Shown here: in pieces, positions 46,855-56,535 of the stretch
Numbering within the stretch: position 1 is the stretch's first letter
Layout of the letters: every line of letters starts with the position of its first letter
Source of the DNA: an uncultured Acidiferrobacteraceae bacterium
GTDB taxonomy: Bacteria > Pseudomonadota > Gammaproteobacteria > Arenicellales > UBA868
NCBI GenBank assembly: GCA_964484965.1
Contig: CAZAHE010000004.1
Coordinates: 829-64,828 of the forward strand
Direction: 5' to 3'
Length of the DNA stretch: 64,000 nucleotides
Translations under genes and position numbers: made by a program
The notes under the pieces: generated by a model
The model's database searches: none
The model's input: only the letters and a program-made list of their open reading frames with translations
Told to the model about the DNA's origin: nothing

Positions 46855-48264
46855 TTAGGTCAGCCCGAAAGGCCTTTGCTGGTCCGTCAGCGTTGCCTGC
46901 TGCAAGGCCCAGCCGATGCGCAGCACAGTGGCTTCGGCAAACGGGTGGCCATGAATACACAAGGATGTCGGCATGCCGTCAGGTCCATAACCATTGGGCA
47001 GAGCCAGCGCACAGAGTTCAAGAATGTTGGTCGCACGCGTGTAATAGGCGGGAATAATCTTTTCATCCACCTCATTTGTTGGTATCGCGGTACTGAAACA
47101 GGTGGGCGTCAGCAGTGCATCGATGTCTTTCATCAGATCGCGAAAGGTGCTGCGCCATGAATCAATCTGACGCAGGCCGTGCAGGTATTCCTTTGCCGAT
47201 ACGTCACGCCCGGGCAGCATGCGTTGGCGCACATGCCGGTCCAGTGGCAGGTCGTCTCGGTCGACCAGATCACAAGTCGTGGCGTAGCCCTCGGCACTGG
47301 CAACAGCAGAGCTGGCGTTGCGAAATGTACCGAATGAACAGGGGAGATCGATGTCAATCAGAACCGCACCCAGAGATTCTAGTACGGCAAGCGATTGGTC
47401 ATAAGCATTGAGCACCACTTCGGTGGCTTGGCTGCGTTCGGATTCGGGCAGTACCGCGAGGCGCATCCCCTCGATACCGTCTCTGAGTGTCGGTACAGGA
47501 TCGACGGGTGTGTGCCGTGCGGTTGCCGGATCGTGCAGGTCGGCGCCTTGCATCAGATTGAAGATCAAGGCAGCATCTTCGACGCTGCGTGCCAGTGGTC
47601 CAACGGTATCAAGCGTTGTCGATAGCGGCATTACCCCATGGTTGGAGACCCGGCCAAATGTTGGTTTGAGTCCCACCACGCCACAGAAGCCCGCTGGTAA
47701 ACGGACGGAGCCACCGGTGTCCGTTCCCAGTGTAAATCCTGCGAGACCCGCAGCGGTGGCCACTCCGGAACCGCTGCTCGAGCCGCCGGGAATGCGATGG
47801 GTTTCCAGGTCCCATGGGTTCCATGGTGTACCCCGATGTTCATTAGTGCCCCATCCGCCAAGTGCGAATTCTACTGTTTGCGTTTTGCCGATCACGATGG
47901 CGCCTGCCGCTTCCAGTTTGTCGATAACGGTCGCCGTGTAATTAGAAACGCGGTCATTGAGTGCCATTGAACCCCATGTGGCTCGATGGCCGTCGTACTC
48001 GATGATGTCTTTAACGGCGAATGGTATGCCATGAAGGATGCCCCCCCATTTTCCTTGCGCCGCGTCGTCGTCCGCTTTTGCAGCGGCTGCCAGGGCGTGA
48101 TCCCTAAGTACGGTCACATAGGCATTCAAGTGCGGATCAAATCGTTTAATTCGGGCAAGGTAAAGCTCAACAAGCGCACTTGAAGTGATCGAACCATCTC
48201 GAAGCCTTTCGCTGAGAAAACTGACAGTGGCGAAAGCCAACTCATCTGTAAGTCTTGAATTCAT
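46855..48264 (-). CDS. Amidase-signature family amidase
   Basis: GGSSSGSGVA signature; 469 aa. Confidence 0.9.
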   Translation of the reverse strand: MNSRLTDELAFATVSFLSERLRDGSITSSALVELYLARIKRFDPHLNAYVTVLRDHALAAAAKADDDAAQGKWGGILHGIPFAVKDIIEYDGHRATWGSMALNDRVSNYTATVIDKLEAAGAIVIGKTQTVEFALGGWGTNEHRGTPWNPWDLETHRIPGGSSSGSGVATAAGLAGFTLGTDTGGSVRLPAGFCGVVGLKPTFGRVSNHGVMPLSTTLDTVGPLARSVEDAALIFNLMQGADLHDPATARHTPVDPVPTLRDGIEGMRLAVLPESERSQATEVVLNAYDQSLAVLESLGAVLIDIDLPCSFGTFRNASSAVASAEGYATTCDLVDRDDLPLDRHVRQRMLPGRDVSAKEYLHGLRQIDSWRSTFRDLMKDIDALLTPTCFSTAIPTNEVDEKIIPAYYTRATNILELCALALPNGYGPDGMPTSLCIHGHPFAEATVLRIGWALQQATLTDQQRPFGLT

Positions 48265-48353
48265 GATGTCTTAAGGAGTAATGACCTTACCAAAATACCA
48301 CAGGCATGGCGTGAATGGAGAGTGGCTAACTGTACGTTGGAACAGATAGCAGA

Positions 48354-49796
48354 TTATATGAACGAACTAATCTTCTGATTGCTTGTGTTTGTAGACAGGT
48401 CTTGCAAAGCATGGGTGAAGGCAGAAAGGCTAGCTCGTCGCAAGAGTACGCACTGTTTTTGGTGGCGCGTGCAATGCCGCTGTATTCTGGCGACCGCTTC
48501 GTGGCTACAGCAATCTACTGGACAGTAGACGATGTCACAGCGATGCAGTAGGGATTCGAGATGCTGGACACCGCCTTGGATGCCGCCATCATGATAGAAG
48601 AATTTTCCATTCAAACGTTCGACAATCGATCTAAAGTGAGCTTGTTGCCGCTCACGACCTCCAACGTACAGGATCGAACACTGTTCCAGGTTGGTGTGTT
48701 CGATAGGACCCGGACTGCTTATTGAAGGTGCATGTAGCCTAAGATGTATTTCCAGCAGCTGTTCCACGGCTGCCCGCTCATCTTCAGATGCTTTCAATTT
48801 TTGCTCGAGGATGCTCTGATTCTGACTTAAACATGCATTCTCAGATTGTATTTTTAGAATTTGTCCCTGTTGTCGGTCATGGGAAAGGCGCAGCTGTGAG
48901 ATGGTCTCTAATAGCCGTTGTTTCTCTTGTTCTCGATGCTTGACTTCATCGGATGCGTCATTCGTCTGTTGTTGGTCGATCGTTTTCCTGAGCGAGCATA
49001 ATTTCGCCTTACTTAAATTGAGCTTTGCAGTAATTGTGACGTTTTCGGCACGCAACACTTCACAACCCTTTTGCACTTTTATCAGTTTTTTCCGTAGACA
49101 CTGGTTCTCAAGCAGTGTCTGAGATGCTTTGTACAACTCTTTTTGGGTCGAGGCGCCGTTCAGGTGTGACATCATGTGGACGGTCCCGAGCGCGGTTTCG
49201 AGTAACGCAGATGAGGTGGTTCGGTGCGTCATAATGGACCAATAGGCACCTGCGATATCTCCGCCGGATACAGCTTCAGCCCAGAGTTTCTCAATTGACT
49301 CGCTAGTAACCGCTGAAAATCGCCTAATCGATGAATCATATTTTTTGTCGAGCAGCTTATTCAGAGCACGAATTGGCGCGTGTGGTTTTCCTGCCGCATT
49401 AACGAACGACGTATGCAGGTGATAGTCGGAAAGATTGTATAAATCGTGCAGCCGACATTTCCTCACGATTTTTCGAAGGTCTGTCAGTGATGCGCAGGTA
49501 CCGATGAGGCTGCAGCAGTAACGATGATCCACCTCCCAGAGTTTTTTCCTCGCGGACACTGCAGTATTGAGACAGTCTTGGGGAGATTGGCTTGCGCTGG
49601 TAGTGGGGTTGATTTCTGTAATGAGAATTACGTCATCTAATACGACAGTAGGGTTGTCCAATGTCGTCGGATATGCTTGACCGGTCATTGGGCGGTCTGT
49701 TTTGAACGACGACACGGCAGTGAATTTCTTTGGACGTTCCATAGCTGCGCTGGTAGCCGTCGTAACGAAGTAGAAAAGTTGGGCCGTTTCCTTCAC
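48354..49796 (-). CDS. DUF2325-like protein with central coiled coil (start uncertain)
   Basis: The C-terminal ILYVGGRERQ...DIVYCPVDCCSHEA segment fits my recollection of DUF2325. The central ~135 aa are Q/K/E/L-rich and heptad-like; the N-terminal part contains HRYCCSLIGTC. Candidate starts are GTG 49796, ATG 49742 and ATG 49688. Confidence 0.55.
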   Translation of the reverse strand: MKETAQLFYFVTTATSAAMERPKKFTAVSSFKTDRPMTGQAYPTTLDNPTVVLDDVILITEINPTTSASQSPQDCLNTAVSARKKLWEVDHRYCCSLIGTCASLTDLRKIVRKCRLHDLYNLSDYHLHTSFVNAAGKPHAPIRALNKLLDKKYDSSIRRFSAVTSESIEKLWAEAVSGGDIAGAYWSIMTHRTTSSALLETALGTVHMMSHLNGASTQKELYKASQTLLENQCLRKKLIKVQKGCEVLRAENVTITAKLNLSKAKLCSLRKTIDQQQTNDASDEVKHREQEKQRLLETISQLRLSHDRQQGQILKIQSENACLSQNQSILEQKLKASEDERAAVEQLLEIHLRLHAPSISSPGPIEHTNLEQCSILYVGGRERQQAHFRSIVERLNGKFFYHDGGIQGGVQHLESLLHRCDIVYCPVDCCSHEAVARIQRHCTRHQKQCVLLRRASLSAFTHALQDLSTNTSNQKISSFI

Positions 49797-49836
49797 GCAC
49801 AGGAAGTCGGGCGGCCCTACCCCGAGCCAGGGAGAA

Positions 49837-50874
49837 TTATTCGTTGTAACCGACTTCGTCTGCCAGACGTAGAGCGGCTGCCCTGTTATTGGCGATATCG
49901 GCCAGCGCTAGATCATCCTGCTTGAACGCGCCCCATGATTTCTGTAGATCATTCCATTCGATACCAGGTTGAACTGGGTATTCGCCGTTTTTCTTCGCAT
50001 ACATGCCTTGTCCTTCCGCACTTGCTAGGAATTCCATCAGCTTGATCGCCTCGCCAGGGTTGGGCGCGTGTTTTGTCAATGCAACACCGCTGATGTTCAT
50101 GTGCGTACCGCGTCGCAGAAGCGCTCGGAAATCTTCTTGATTTGGGAAAACCACGCGCACGGCTTTGGCCCATGGGACCTGTTTGGGATCTTTTAGCATT
50201 TTAGCCATGTAGTAGTGATTAATAACGGCGACATCACATACCCCTTCTTTAATGGCTTTGACTTGTGCGCGGTCGTTCCCTTGGGGTTTCCTTGCAAGAT
50301 TGGCCTTAAGCCCCGTCAACCATTCCTTCGCTTTTGCTGTGCCATGATGGGCGATCATGCTCCCGGTCAGGGCAACCATGTAGGGGTGTTTGCCCGAGCG
50401 TGTGCATATTCTTCCTTTCCAGCGGGGGTCGGTGAGGTCTTCGTAGGTGCGGATATCATCGCCTTTTACGCGATCGACCGATGTCACGATGATTCTTGCT
50501 CTCGATGTCAAACCAAACCAGTGGCCGTCGGGTTCACGGAACTGGGCGGGGATATCGCGAGCAAGTGAGGAGGAACTGACCGCTTGGGTCAAGCCGGCTT
50601 TGTAGACGTCGGTGAGTCGGCCGATATCGACCGTGAAAACCAGGTCCGCGGGACTATTTCTGCCTTCTTGCTGCAGTCTTTCCAGCATGCCTTTCTTGGC
50701 ATAAACCGAATTGACTTTAATGCCGGTCTTTTTAGTGAAAACGGCGAACATCGGGTCGATCAGTTTCGGTTTGCGGTAGCTGTAGACATTGACTTCGCCG
50801 GCACTCACGGACGACGCAAATACTGAAAGCGCAACAGCTATCGCTGTCAAGCCAATAACACTCTGATGCTTCAT
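49837..50874 (-). CDS. Fe(3+) ABC transporter periplasmic substrate-binding protein (FbpA/AfuA-like)
   Basis: Signal peptide LTAIAVALSVFASSVSAG, then EVNVYSYRKPKLIDPMF...; 345 aa. Confidence 0.8.
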   Translation of the reverse strand: MKHQSVIGLTAIAVALSVFASSVSAGEVNVYSYRKPKLIDPMFAVFTKKTGIKVNSVYAKKGMLERLQQEGRNSPADLVFTVDIGRLTDVYKAGLTQAVSSSSLARDIPAQFREPDGHWFGLTSRARIIVTSVDRVKGDDIRTYEDLTDPRWKGRICTRSGKHPYMVALTGSMIAHHGTAKAKEWLTGLKANLARKPQGNDRAQVKAIKEGVCDVAVINHYYMAKMLKDPKQVPWAKAVRVVFPNQEDFRALLRRGTHMNISGVALTKHAPNPGEAIKLMEFLASAEGQGMYAKKNGEYPVQPGIEWNDLQKSWGAFKQDDLALADIANNRAAALRLADEVGYNE

Positions 50875-50904
50875 CGGGACAAATCCTCTATCCTAGGGTT
50901 AGAT

Positions 50905-50941
50905 GCGAATGATAATCGAAATGAGAATGATTCGCAATATA
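50905..50941. promoter_or_regulatory. Two adjacent Fur-box-like 19-mers in the divergent iron-transporter promoter
   Basis: GCGAATGATAATCGAAATG (50905-50923) and GAGAATGATTCGCAATATA (50923-50941) each match GATAATGATAATCATTATC at 13/19 positions by manual count. There is an exact GATAAT at 50911-50916. Confidence 0.55.
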
Positions 50942-50979
50942 TTTTGGAGGCAGGATTAATCAGTGTTGGTCAGGGGCGC

Positions 50980-52650
50980 GTGCGCTTGAATTTTTCACGG
51001 CTTTCGCTCGATCGCTGGACGATCGGCGGTTGTATCCTGGCATTGCTTTTCTTGTTGCCAGTTGCCTCCGTGGCGGTCCTGGCTATCGGTGCCACCGGTG
51101 ATATTTGGCACCATTTGGTCTCGACAGTGTTGTCGAGGTATCTCGTCAATACAGCTCTTTTAATGGTGGGGGTTGCCGTCCTGGTGTGCCTGTTCGGAGT
51201 CTCGTCTGCCTGGTTGGTGACGATGTGTGCATTTCGGGGTCGCCGGTTTTTTGAATGGATGTTGTTGTTGCCGTTAGCGATGCCGGCGTATCTGATCGCC
51301 TATGCCTACACCGACTTTCTTGATTATCCAGGTCCGGTGCAAGTCGCAGTGAGGCACTTGTTTGGCTTCGAGAGCGCCAGCGATTATTGGTTTCCCGAAG
51401 TTCGCAGTTTAGGTGGCGCGACAGTATTTATGGGACTGGTTCTTTACCCTTATGTTTACCTATTGGCGAGAACTGCTTTTCTTGAGCAGTCCGTCGCTAT
51501 GCTCGAAGCCAGCCGCGCATTAGGTCGAGGTCCCTGGCGTTCTTTTTTCAGTGTCTCGTTGCCCTATGCACGCCCAGCCATCGCCGTTGGTGTCGCTCTT
51601 GCACTGATGGAGACCCTTAATGACTACGGTACAGTCGACTACTTTGCGATAGAAACACTAACCGTCGGTGTTTTTGATGTGTGGCTAGGGATGAATAATC
51701 TCACTGGAGGAGCACAGATTGCGATGGTGATGTTGCTGTTTGTTGTTGCCTTGATCACGCTGGAACGCTTAAGCCGTAGCCGACAGCGTTTTTATCAACC
51801 GGGTTCGAGCCGACTCAAACAATTGCCCATTTCCCAATTACGTGGTTGGCGATCCGTTGCTGCAGTTTTGACCTGTCTCTTACCGACATTATTTGGTTTT
51901 ATGATTCCAGTTCTTGTTCTTTTAGAGTTGACTTGGCATTATTTTGACGTTTCATGGACACCAGAATTCAGGACCTACGCCCTTAACAGCTGTCTTTTGT
52001 CATTGGCTGCCGCGCTGCTGACATTATTGGCTGCAAGCATTATTGTTTACGGGCAACGCCTGCGGGCCGGGCGCTTGATGAAAGTGACCGCGCGAATTGC
52101 CTCGCTCGGTTACGCGATGCCCGGCGCAGTGCTGGCAATTGGAATCATTGTGCCGTTCGCGGCGTTCGACAATGCGGTTGACGAATTGCTGCGCCGCTAT
52201 CTCGGAATTTCCACTGGGCTGCTCTTGAGTGGGACCGTTACTGCGGTTGTGTTTGCGTACGTCGTCAGGTTCCTCGCCGTCTCTGTAGGCCAGGTTGAAG
52301 CGAGCTTAGAGAAGATATCACCTTCAATGGACATGGCTGCGCGGACGTTGGGCTACAGACCGGGCGAGACATTTGCCCGTTACCACTTGCCACTGATACG
52401 CGGTGGGGTTTTTACCGCGTTGATGATCGTATTCGTCGATTGCATGAAAGAATTACCAGCCACGTTGATATTGCGGCCATTTAATTTTGACACCTTGGCG
52501 ACGCATGTGTATGAGTTCGCGTCAGACGAAATGCTCGGTGAGGCGGCTCTGGGTTCACTCACGATCGTCGTTGTGGGTATTGTCCCTGTATTGTTGCTGA
52601 GCCGCATGATTGCCATTTCACGTAGCGCTCGCCTACAAACAGCCGAATGA
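50980..52650 (+). CDS. Iron(III) ABC transporter permease (two fused TMD repeats, FbpB-like)
   Basis: ~12 helices with two EAA-like loop regions (LEASRALGRGPW and MDMAARTLGYRP). The true start is probably GTG 50980 or TTG 50986; the ORF-track ATG 50866 overlaps the divergent gene and the Fur box. Confidence 0.8.
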   Translation: MRLNFSRLSLDRWTIGGCILALLFLLPVASVAVLAIGATGDIWHHLVSTVLSRYLVNTALLMVGVAVLVCLFGVSSAWLVTMCAFRGRRFFEWMLLLPLAMPAYLIAYAYTDFLDYPGPVQVAVRHLFGFESASDYWFPEVRSLGGATVFMGLVLYPYVYLLARTAFLEQSVAMLEASRALGRGPWRSFFSVSLPYARPAIAVGVALALMETLNDYGTVDYFAIETLTVGVFDVWLGMNNLTGGAQIAMVMLLFVVALITLERLSRSRQRFYQPGSSRLKQLPISQLRGWRSVAAVLTCLLPTLFGFMIPVLVLLELTWHYFDVSWTPEFRTYALNSCLLSLAAALLTLLAASIIVYGQRLRAGRLMKVTARIASLGYAMPGAVLAIGIIVPFAAFDNAVDELLRRYLGISTGLLLSGTVTAVVFAYVVRFLAVSVGQVEASLEKISPSMDMAARTLGYRPGETFARYHLPLIRGGVFTALMIVFVDCMKELPATLILRPFNFDTLATHVYEFASDEMLGEAALGSLTIVVVGIVPVLLLSRMIAISRSARLQTAE

Positions 52651-53729
52651 GTCAGCCCTTGCTATTACAGGTCAAAGACATCGCCTGCCGCTATGGCCGA
52701 GACCGTGCCGTCGACGGCCTCGGATTTGGTATTCATGCGGGTACACTCGCATGTCTCCTCGGCCCTAGCGGGTGCGGTAAGACGACCGCCTTAAGAGCGA
52801 TCGCCGGATTTCAACCCTTGGAGAACGGCCAGATTATCTTGGAAGGGGAATGTATCTCGAGGCCAGGCTACATGTTGCAGCCGGAACGGCGACAGGTCGG
52901 CATGGTTTTTCAGGAGCACGCGCTTTTCCCTCATCTCAATGTAGGTGCCAATGTTGCTGCGGGGCTGCGCCGCAAGCCAGCACCTGATCGTGATCGGATA
53001 GTCAACGGACTGCTTGAGCGTATGGACCTGTCGGACCTCGCGAAACGGTTCCCTCATGAACTTTCAGGGGGGCAACAACAGCGCGTTGCGCTGGCACGTG
53101 CGTTGGCCCCACGACCGCGTCTACTCCTGATGGATGAGCCTTTTTCCAACTTGGATCTCAATTTACGCGAACGGTTGTGTGTCGAAGTGCGGGACTTACT
53201 GAAAGAAGAGGGTATAACTGCGGTCATGGTGACCCATGATCAGTACGATGCTTTCATGGTTGGTGATGAGGTTGGCATTATGCTGGACGGTAACCTTATG
53301 CAATGGGATACGCCGTATAACGTCTATCACGAACCTGAATCCCGTTTTGTTGCCAATTTCATTGGCAGCGGTGTTTTTCTGCGAGGCATGCGCACGGGAA
53401 CTCATAGCGTAAGCACCGAGCTCGGCGATTTTCAAGGGATGGTTAATTGTGCCGCGCCACCTTCGACTGGCATAGATATCCTAATCCGACCAGATGACGT
53501 GTTACCTGACCCAGAAGGTCCAATCAGCGCTCGTGTTTCGAGGAAAGCCTTCAAGGGTGCTGATATTTTGTACACGCTAACCCTGTCAAGTGGCACAACG
53601 CTGCTGTCCATGTTCCCAAGTCATGAGAACTATGCAGTTGGCGAGCATGTTCGCGTCCGCCTGGAAGTAGACCACCTGGTGGTCTTTCCGGCTGTCGATA
53701 TCGGCGGCGGATATCCCACGAGTGAATAG
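52647..53729 (+). CDS. ABC transporter ATP-binding protein (FbpC/PotA-like)
   Basis: GPSGCGKTT, LSGGQQQRVALARAL and LLLMDEPFSNLD motifs. The ATG overlaps the permease stop (ATGA at 52647-52650). Confidence 0.9.
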   Translation: MSQPLLLQVKDIACRYGRDRAVDGLGFGIHAGTLACLLGPSGCGKTTALRAIAGFQPLENGQIILEGECISRPGYMLQPERRQVGMVFQEHALFPHLNVGANVAAGLRRKPAPDRDRIVNGLLERMDLSDLAKRFPHELSGGQQQRVALARALAPRPRLLLMDEPFSNLDLNLRERLCVEVRDLLKEEGITAVMVTHDQYDAFMVGDEVGIMLDGNLMQWDTPYNVYHEPESRFVANFIGSGVFLRGMRTGTHSVSTELGDFQGMVNCAAPPSTGIDILIRPDDVLPDPEGPISARVSRKAFKGADILYTLTLSSGTTLLSMFPSHENYAVGEHVRVRLEVDHLVVFPAVDIGGGYPTSE

Positions 53730-53846
53730 CACTGATTCTGTAATTGGTGCGGGTGCTCGCATTTCGTTCAATGTTGCGCACAAGGATGCGGCCTCCGAGT
53801 GGTTTTGTAGTGCCTGCGGTAAACGGACGAGGTCAGCAAACTGCTA

Positions 53847-54722
53847 GTGCGCAATTTTCTAAACAGCCTGCCGAGCCCCCTCAAGGCGGCGATCTTGATG
53901 GTGGTCGCGATGGTGTTATTTACTTCAATGGGTATTTTTGTCCGCCTTGCCGACCAGCAACTGCACCCTCTTGAGATAGTTTTTTTCCGAAATTTCCTTG
54001 CCTTTTTGTTGATGGCGCCATGGATCATCCGTCAGGGCATCAGTGTGATGTACACCAAGCGCATTGGTCTTTATACGACACGGGCATTGGTCAACTGGGT
54101 GGGAATGGCGACCGGGTTTACAGCCGTTACCATGATTCCGCTCGCCGAGTTCACTGCTCTTGGGTTTACCGCGCCATTGTGGGTTACCGTGGGCGCGTTC
54201 CTTTTTCTGAGCGAAACCTTGCAGGCTCGGCGTGTCGCAGCGATTGTTATCGGCTTTATTGGTGTACTGATTGTTTTACAGCCGGGATTTACTGTTGTAT
54301 CAATGGGTTCCACGCTGGCGGTGGTACACGCAATATTTATTGCCACCACCACACTGATCGTTAAGCGTTTGACGGCAACCGAGCGGCCCGAGGCGATTGT
54401 CACTTACATGGTCCTGTTGCAGGCACCCTTGTCACTGGTGCCGGCGCTCTTTGTATGGCAGTGGCCATCTGCCATGTCATGGCTGTGGCTGTGGTGTTTG
54501 GCGGCTTTCGGCACTCTGGGTCATATCTGCTGGACGCAGGCGGTACGCATTGCCGAGATCACGCAATTGCAGCCATTGGAATTCATCCGCCTGCCTATTG
54601 CGGCAGCGATTGCTTTTGCCGTATTTTCGGAACTACCTACGATTTGGACTTGGATCGGCGGTGTGGTGATTTTTGTCGCTACCGCCTACGTCACCCGTGC
54701 GGAGGTTACGTCGCGTCGCTAG
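53847..54722 (+). CDS. DMT-superfamily (EamA-like) transporter
   Basis: 10 hydrophobic helices in two EamA-like halves; GTG start. Confidence 0.75.
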   Translation: MRNFLNSLPSPLKAAILMVVAMVLFTSMGIFVRLADQQLHPLEIVFFRNFLAFLLMAPWIIRQGISVMYTKRIGLYTTRALVNWVGMATGFTAVTMIPLAEFTALGFTAPLWVTVGAFLFLSETLQARRVAAIVIGFIGVLIVLQPGFTVVSMGSTLAVVHAIFIATTTLIVKRLTATERPEAIVTYMVLLQAPLSLVPALFVWQWPSAMSWLWLWCLAAFGTLGHICWTQAVRIAEITQLQPLEFIRLPIAAAIAFAVFSELPTIWTWIGGVVIFVATAYVTRAEVTSRR

Positions 54723-54828
54723 AAAGTTGCGGCAGTGCCTCGTTTACCATACATGGCCACAGACTACGGATCACTCAAGGCCCGCTATTAGGGCAAGTGC
54801 GTGATTCAAATGCGAGCAACTTGAAGCA

Positions 54829-56505
54829 ATGGCGCAATATGTCTACAGCATGATTGGTGTGGGTAAAACCGCACCTTCGCGCAAACAGATTCTGCGCGAT
54901 ATCTCGCTCAGTTTTTTCCCGGGTGCCAAGATCGGCGTGCTCGGGCTCAATGGTTCTGGCAAGTCAACTTTATTGAGGATTATGGCCGGCCTTGATACGG
55001 ACATCGACGGCGAAGCGATTCCGCAGAAAAACCTGAGAATCGGCTACCTGCCGCAGGAACCCGAACTCGATGAAGCACTCGATGTGCGCGGCAACGTGGA
55101 GCTGGGGGTGCATGAGGCAAAAGCGGTGCTGGATCGATTCAACGAGGTCAGCCTGCGTTTCGGCGAAGATCTGAACGACGACGAAATGACTGCGCTGATT
55201 GAGGAACAAGGCCAACTGCAGAGCCAGATTGACTCACTGGGTGCGTGGGAACTGGATCGCAAACTGGATATTGCAGCCGATGCGTTGCGCCTTCCACCCT
55301 GGGATAGCGCTGTTGATCATCTTTCCGGTGGTGAACGTCGCCGAGTGGCATTGTGCCAGTTGCTCTTGTCGGAGCCGGAGATGCTGCTCCTCGATGAACC
55401 GACCAACCACCTCGACGCCGAGTCCGTCGCGTGGCTTGAGCGCTACCTTGAGCAGTATGCAGGCACTGTTATTGCGGTGACCCACGACCGCTATTTTTTG
55501 GACAACGTTGCCGGTTGGATTCTCGAGCTCGATAGGGGATTTGGCATCCCTTGGGAAGGCAATTACTCATCCTGGTTGGAACAAAAAGATCAACGGTTAG
55601 AGATCGAGGACAACACTCGTTCGGCGCGGCGCAAGACGATTGCCGCGGAGCTGGAATGGGTACGTGCCAACCCAAGAGCGCGACAAGCCAAAAATAAGGC
55701 GCGATTGCAGCGGTTTAGTGAATTGGTCGATGCGGAGTACCAGGCACGCAACGAGACCAACGAAATCTATATCCCACCAGGGCCACGCATGGGGAGCAAG
55801 GTAGTGGATGTCATGGACTTATCCAAGGGCTTTGATGACCGCCTGCTCATTGATCACCTTTCTTTCAGTCTACCGCCTGGTGGCATCGTTGGCATCATTG
55901 GGCCAAACGGGGCAGGCAAGACGACTTTATTCCGAATGCTCATGGGTACCGAGGCACCCGACAGCGGCCACATCGAGGTTGGTGAGACGATCAACATTGC
56001 CTATGTTGATCAGAGCCGGGCCACGCTGGATGACAGCAAATCAGTATGGGAGGAAATCTCTGATGGCCTGGACATGATCGAAGTGGGAACCTACCAGACC
56101 CCTTCACGGGCCTATGTCGGGCGTTTCAATTTCAAAGGTTCCGATCAGCAGCAACGAGTCGCAGAGCTTTCAGGTGGGGAACGCAATCGCGTCCACTTGG
56201 CCAAGGTCTTGCGCCAAGGCGGTAATCTGTTGTTACTGGACGAACCCACTAATGATCTGGATGTTGAGACACTGCGCGCGCTTGAAGAAGCGCTGGTCAG
56301 TTTTCCTGGCTGTGCGGTTGTGATCTCTCACGACCGTTGGTTCCTGGACCGAATTGCAACACACATCTTGGCATTTGAAGGTAACAGCAAGGTCTTGTGG
56401 TTCGAAGGAAATTTCGCGGACTATGAGGCGGATCGTCGCCGTCGCATCGGCGATGATGCGGCACGGCCGCAGCGTATCCGCTACAAACCCATCATTCGAG
56501 GCTGA
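54829..56505 (+). CDS. ettA: ABC-F translational throttle protein EttA
   Basis: [14 protein letters not shown]-terminus and two cassettes ([24 protein letters not shown] and [24 protein letters not shown]). 558 aa, no TMD. Confidence 0.9.
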   Translation: MAQYVYSMIGVGKTAPSRKQILRDISLSFFPGAKIGVLGLNGSGKSTLLRIMAGLDTDIDGEAIPQKNLRIGYLPQEPELDEALDVRGNVELGVHEAKAVLDRFNEVSLRFGEDLNDDEMTALIEEQGQLQSQIDSLGAWELDRKLDIAADALRLPPWDSAVDHLSGGERRRVALCQLLLSEPEMLLLDEPTNHLDAESVAWLERYLEQYAGTVIAVTHDRYFLDNVAGWILELDRGFGIPWEGNYSSWLEQKDQRLEIEDNTRSARRKTIAAELEWVRANPRARQAKNKARLQRFSELVDAEYQARNETNEIYIPPGPRMGSKVVDVMDLSKGFDDRLLIDHLSFSLPPGGIVGIIGPNGAGKTTLFRMLMGTEAPDSGHIEVGETINIAYVDQSRATLDDSKSVWEEISDGLDMIEVGTYQTPSRAYVGRFNFKGSDQQQRVAELSGGERNRVHLAKVLRQGGNLLLLDEPTNDLDVETLRALEEALVSFPGCAVVISHDRWFLDRIATHILAFEGNSKVLWFEGNFADYEADRRRRIGDDAARPQRIRYKPIIRG

Positions 56506-56535
56506 TCGCCGCCTAATTTAGCGCGGCGAGCGATT

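Noticed and set aside
47408-47941. 177-aa plus-strand ORF inside the amidase gene
   Set aside because: It is antisense to a gene carrying the GGSSSGSGVA amidase signature, with Pro/Ser/Ala-rich composition typical of shadow frames.
48281-48349. 22-codon plus-strand sORF (MTLPKYHRHGVNGEWLTVRWNR) after an AAGGAG at 48273-48278
   Set aside because: The SD-to-ATG spacer is only 2 nt. The AAGGAG is the complement of the amidase leader region, and there is no other support.
50866-50979. 5-prime extension of the permease ORF starting at ATG 50866
   Set aside because: It would overlap the divergent SBP start codon and read through the Fur-box-like promoter region. The encoded 38 aa are hydrophilic and unlike permease N-termini. 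GTG 50980 or TTG 50986 is preferred.
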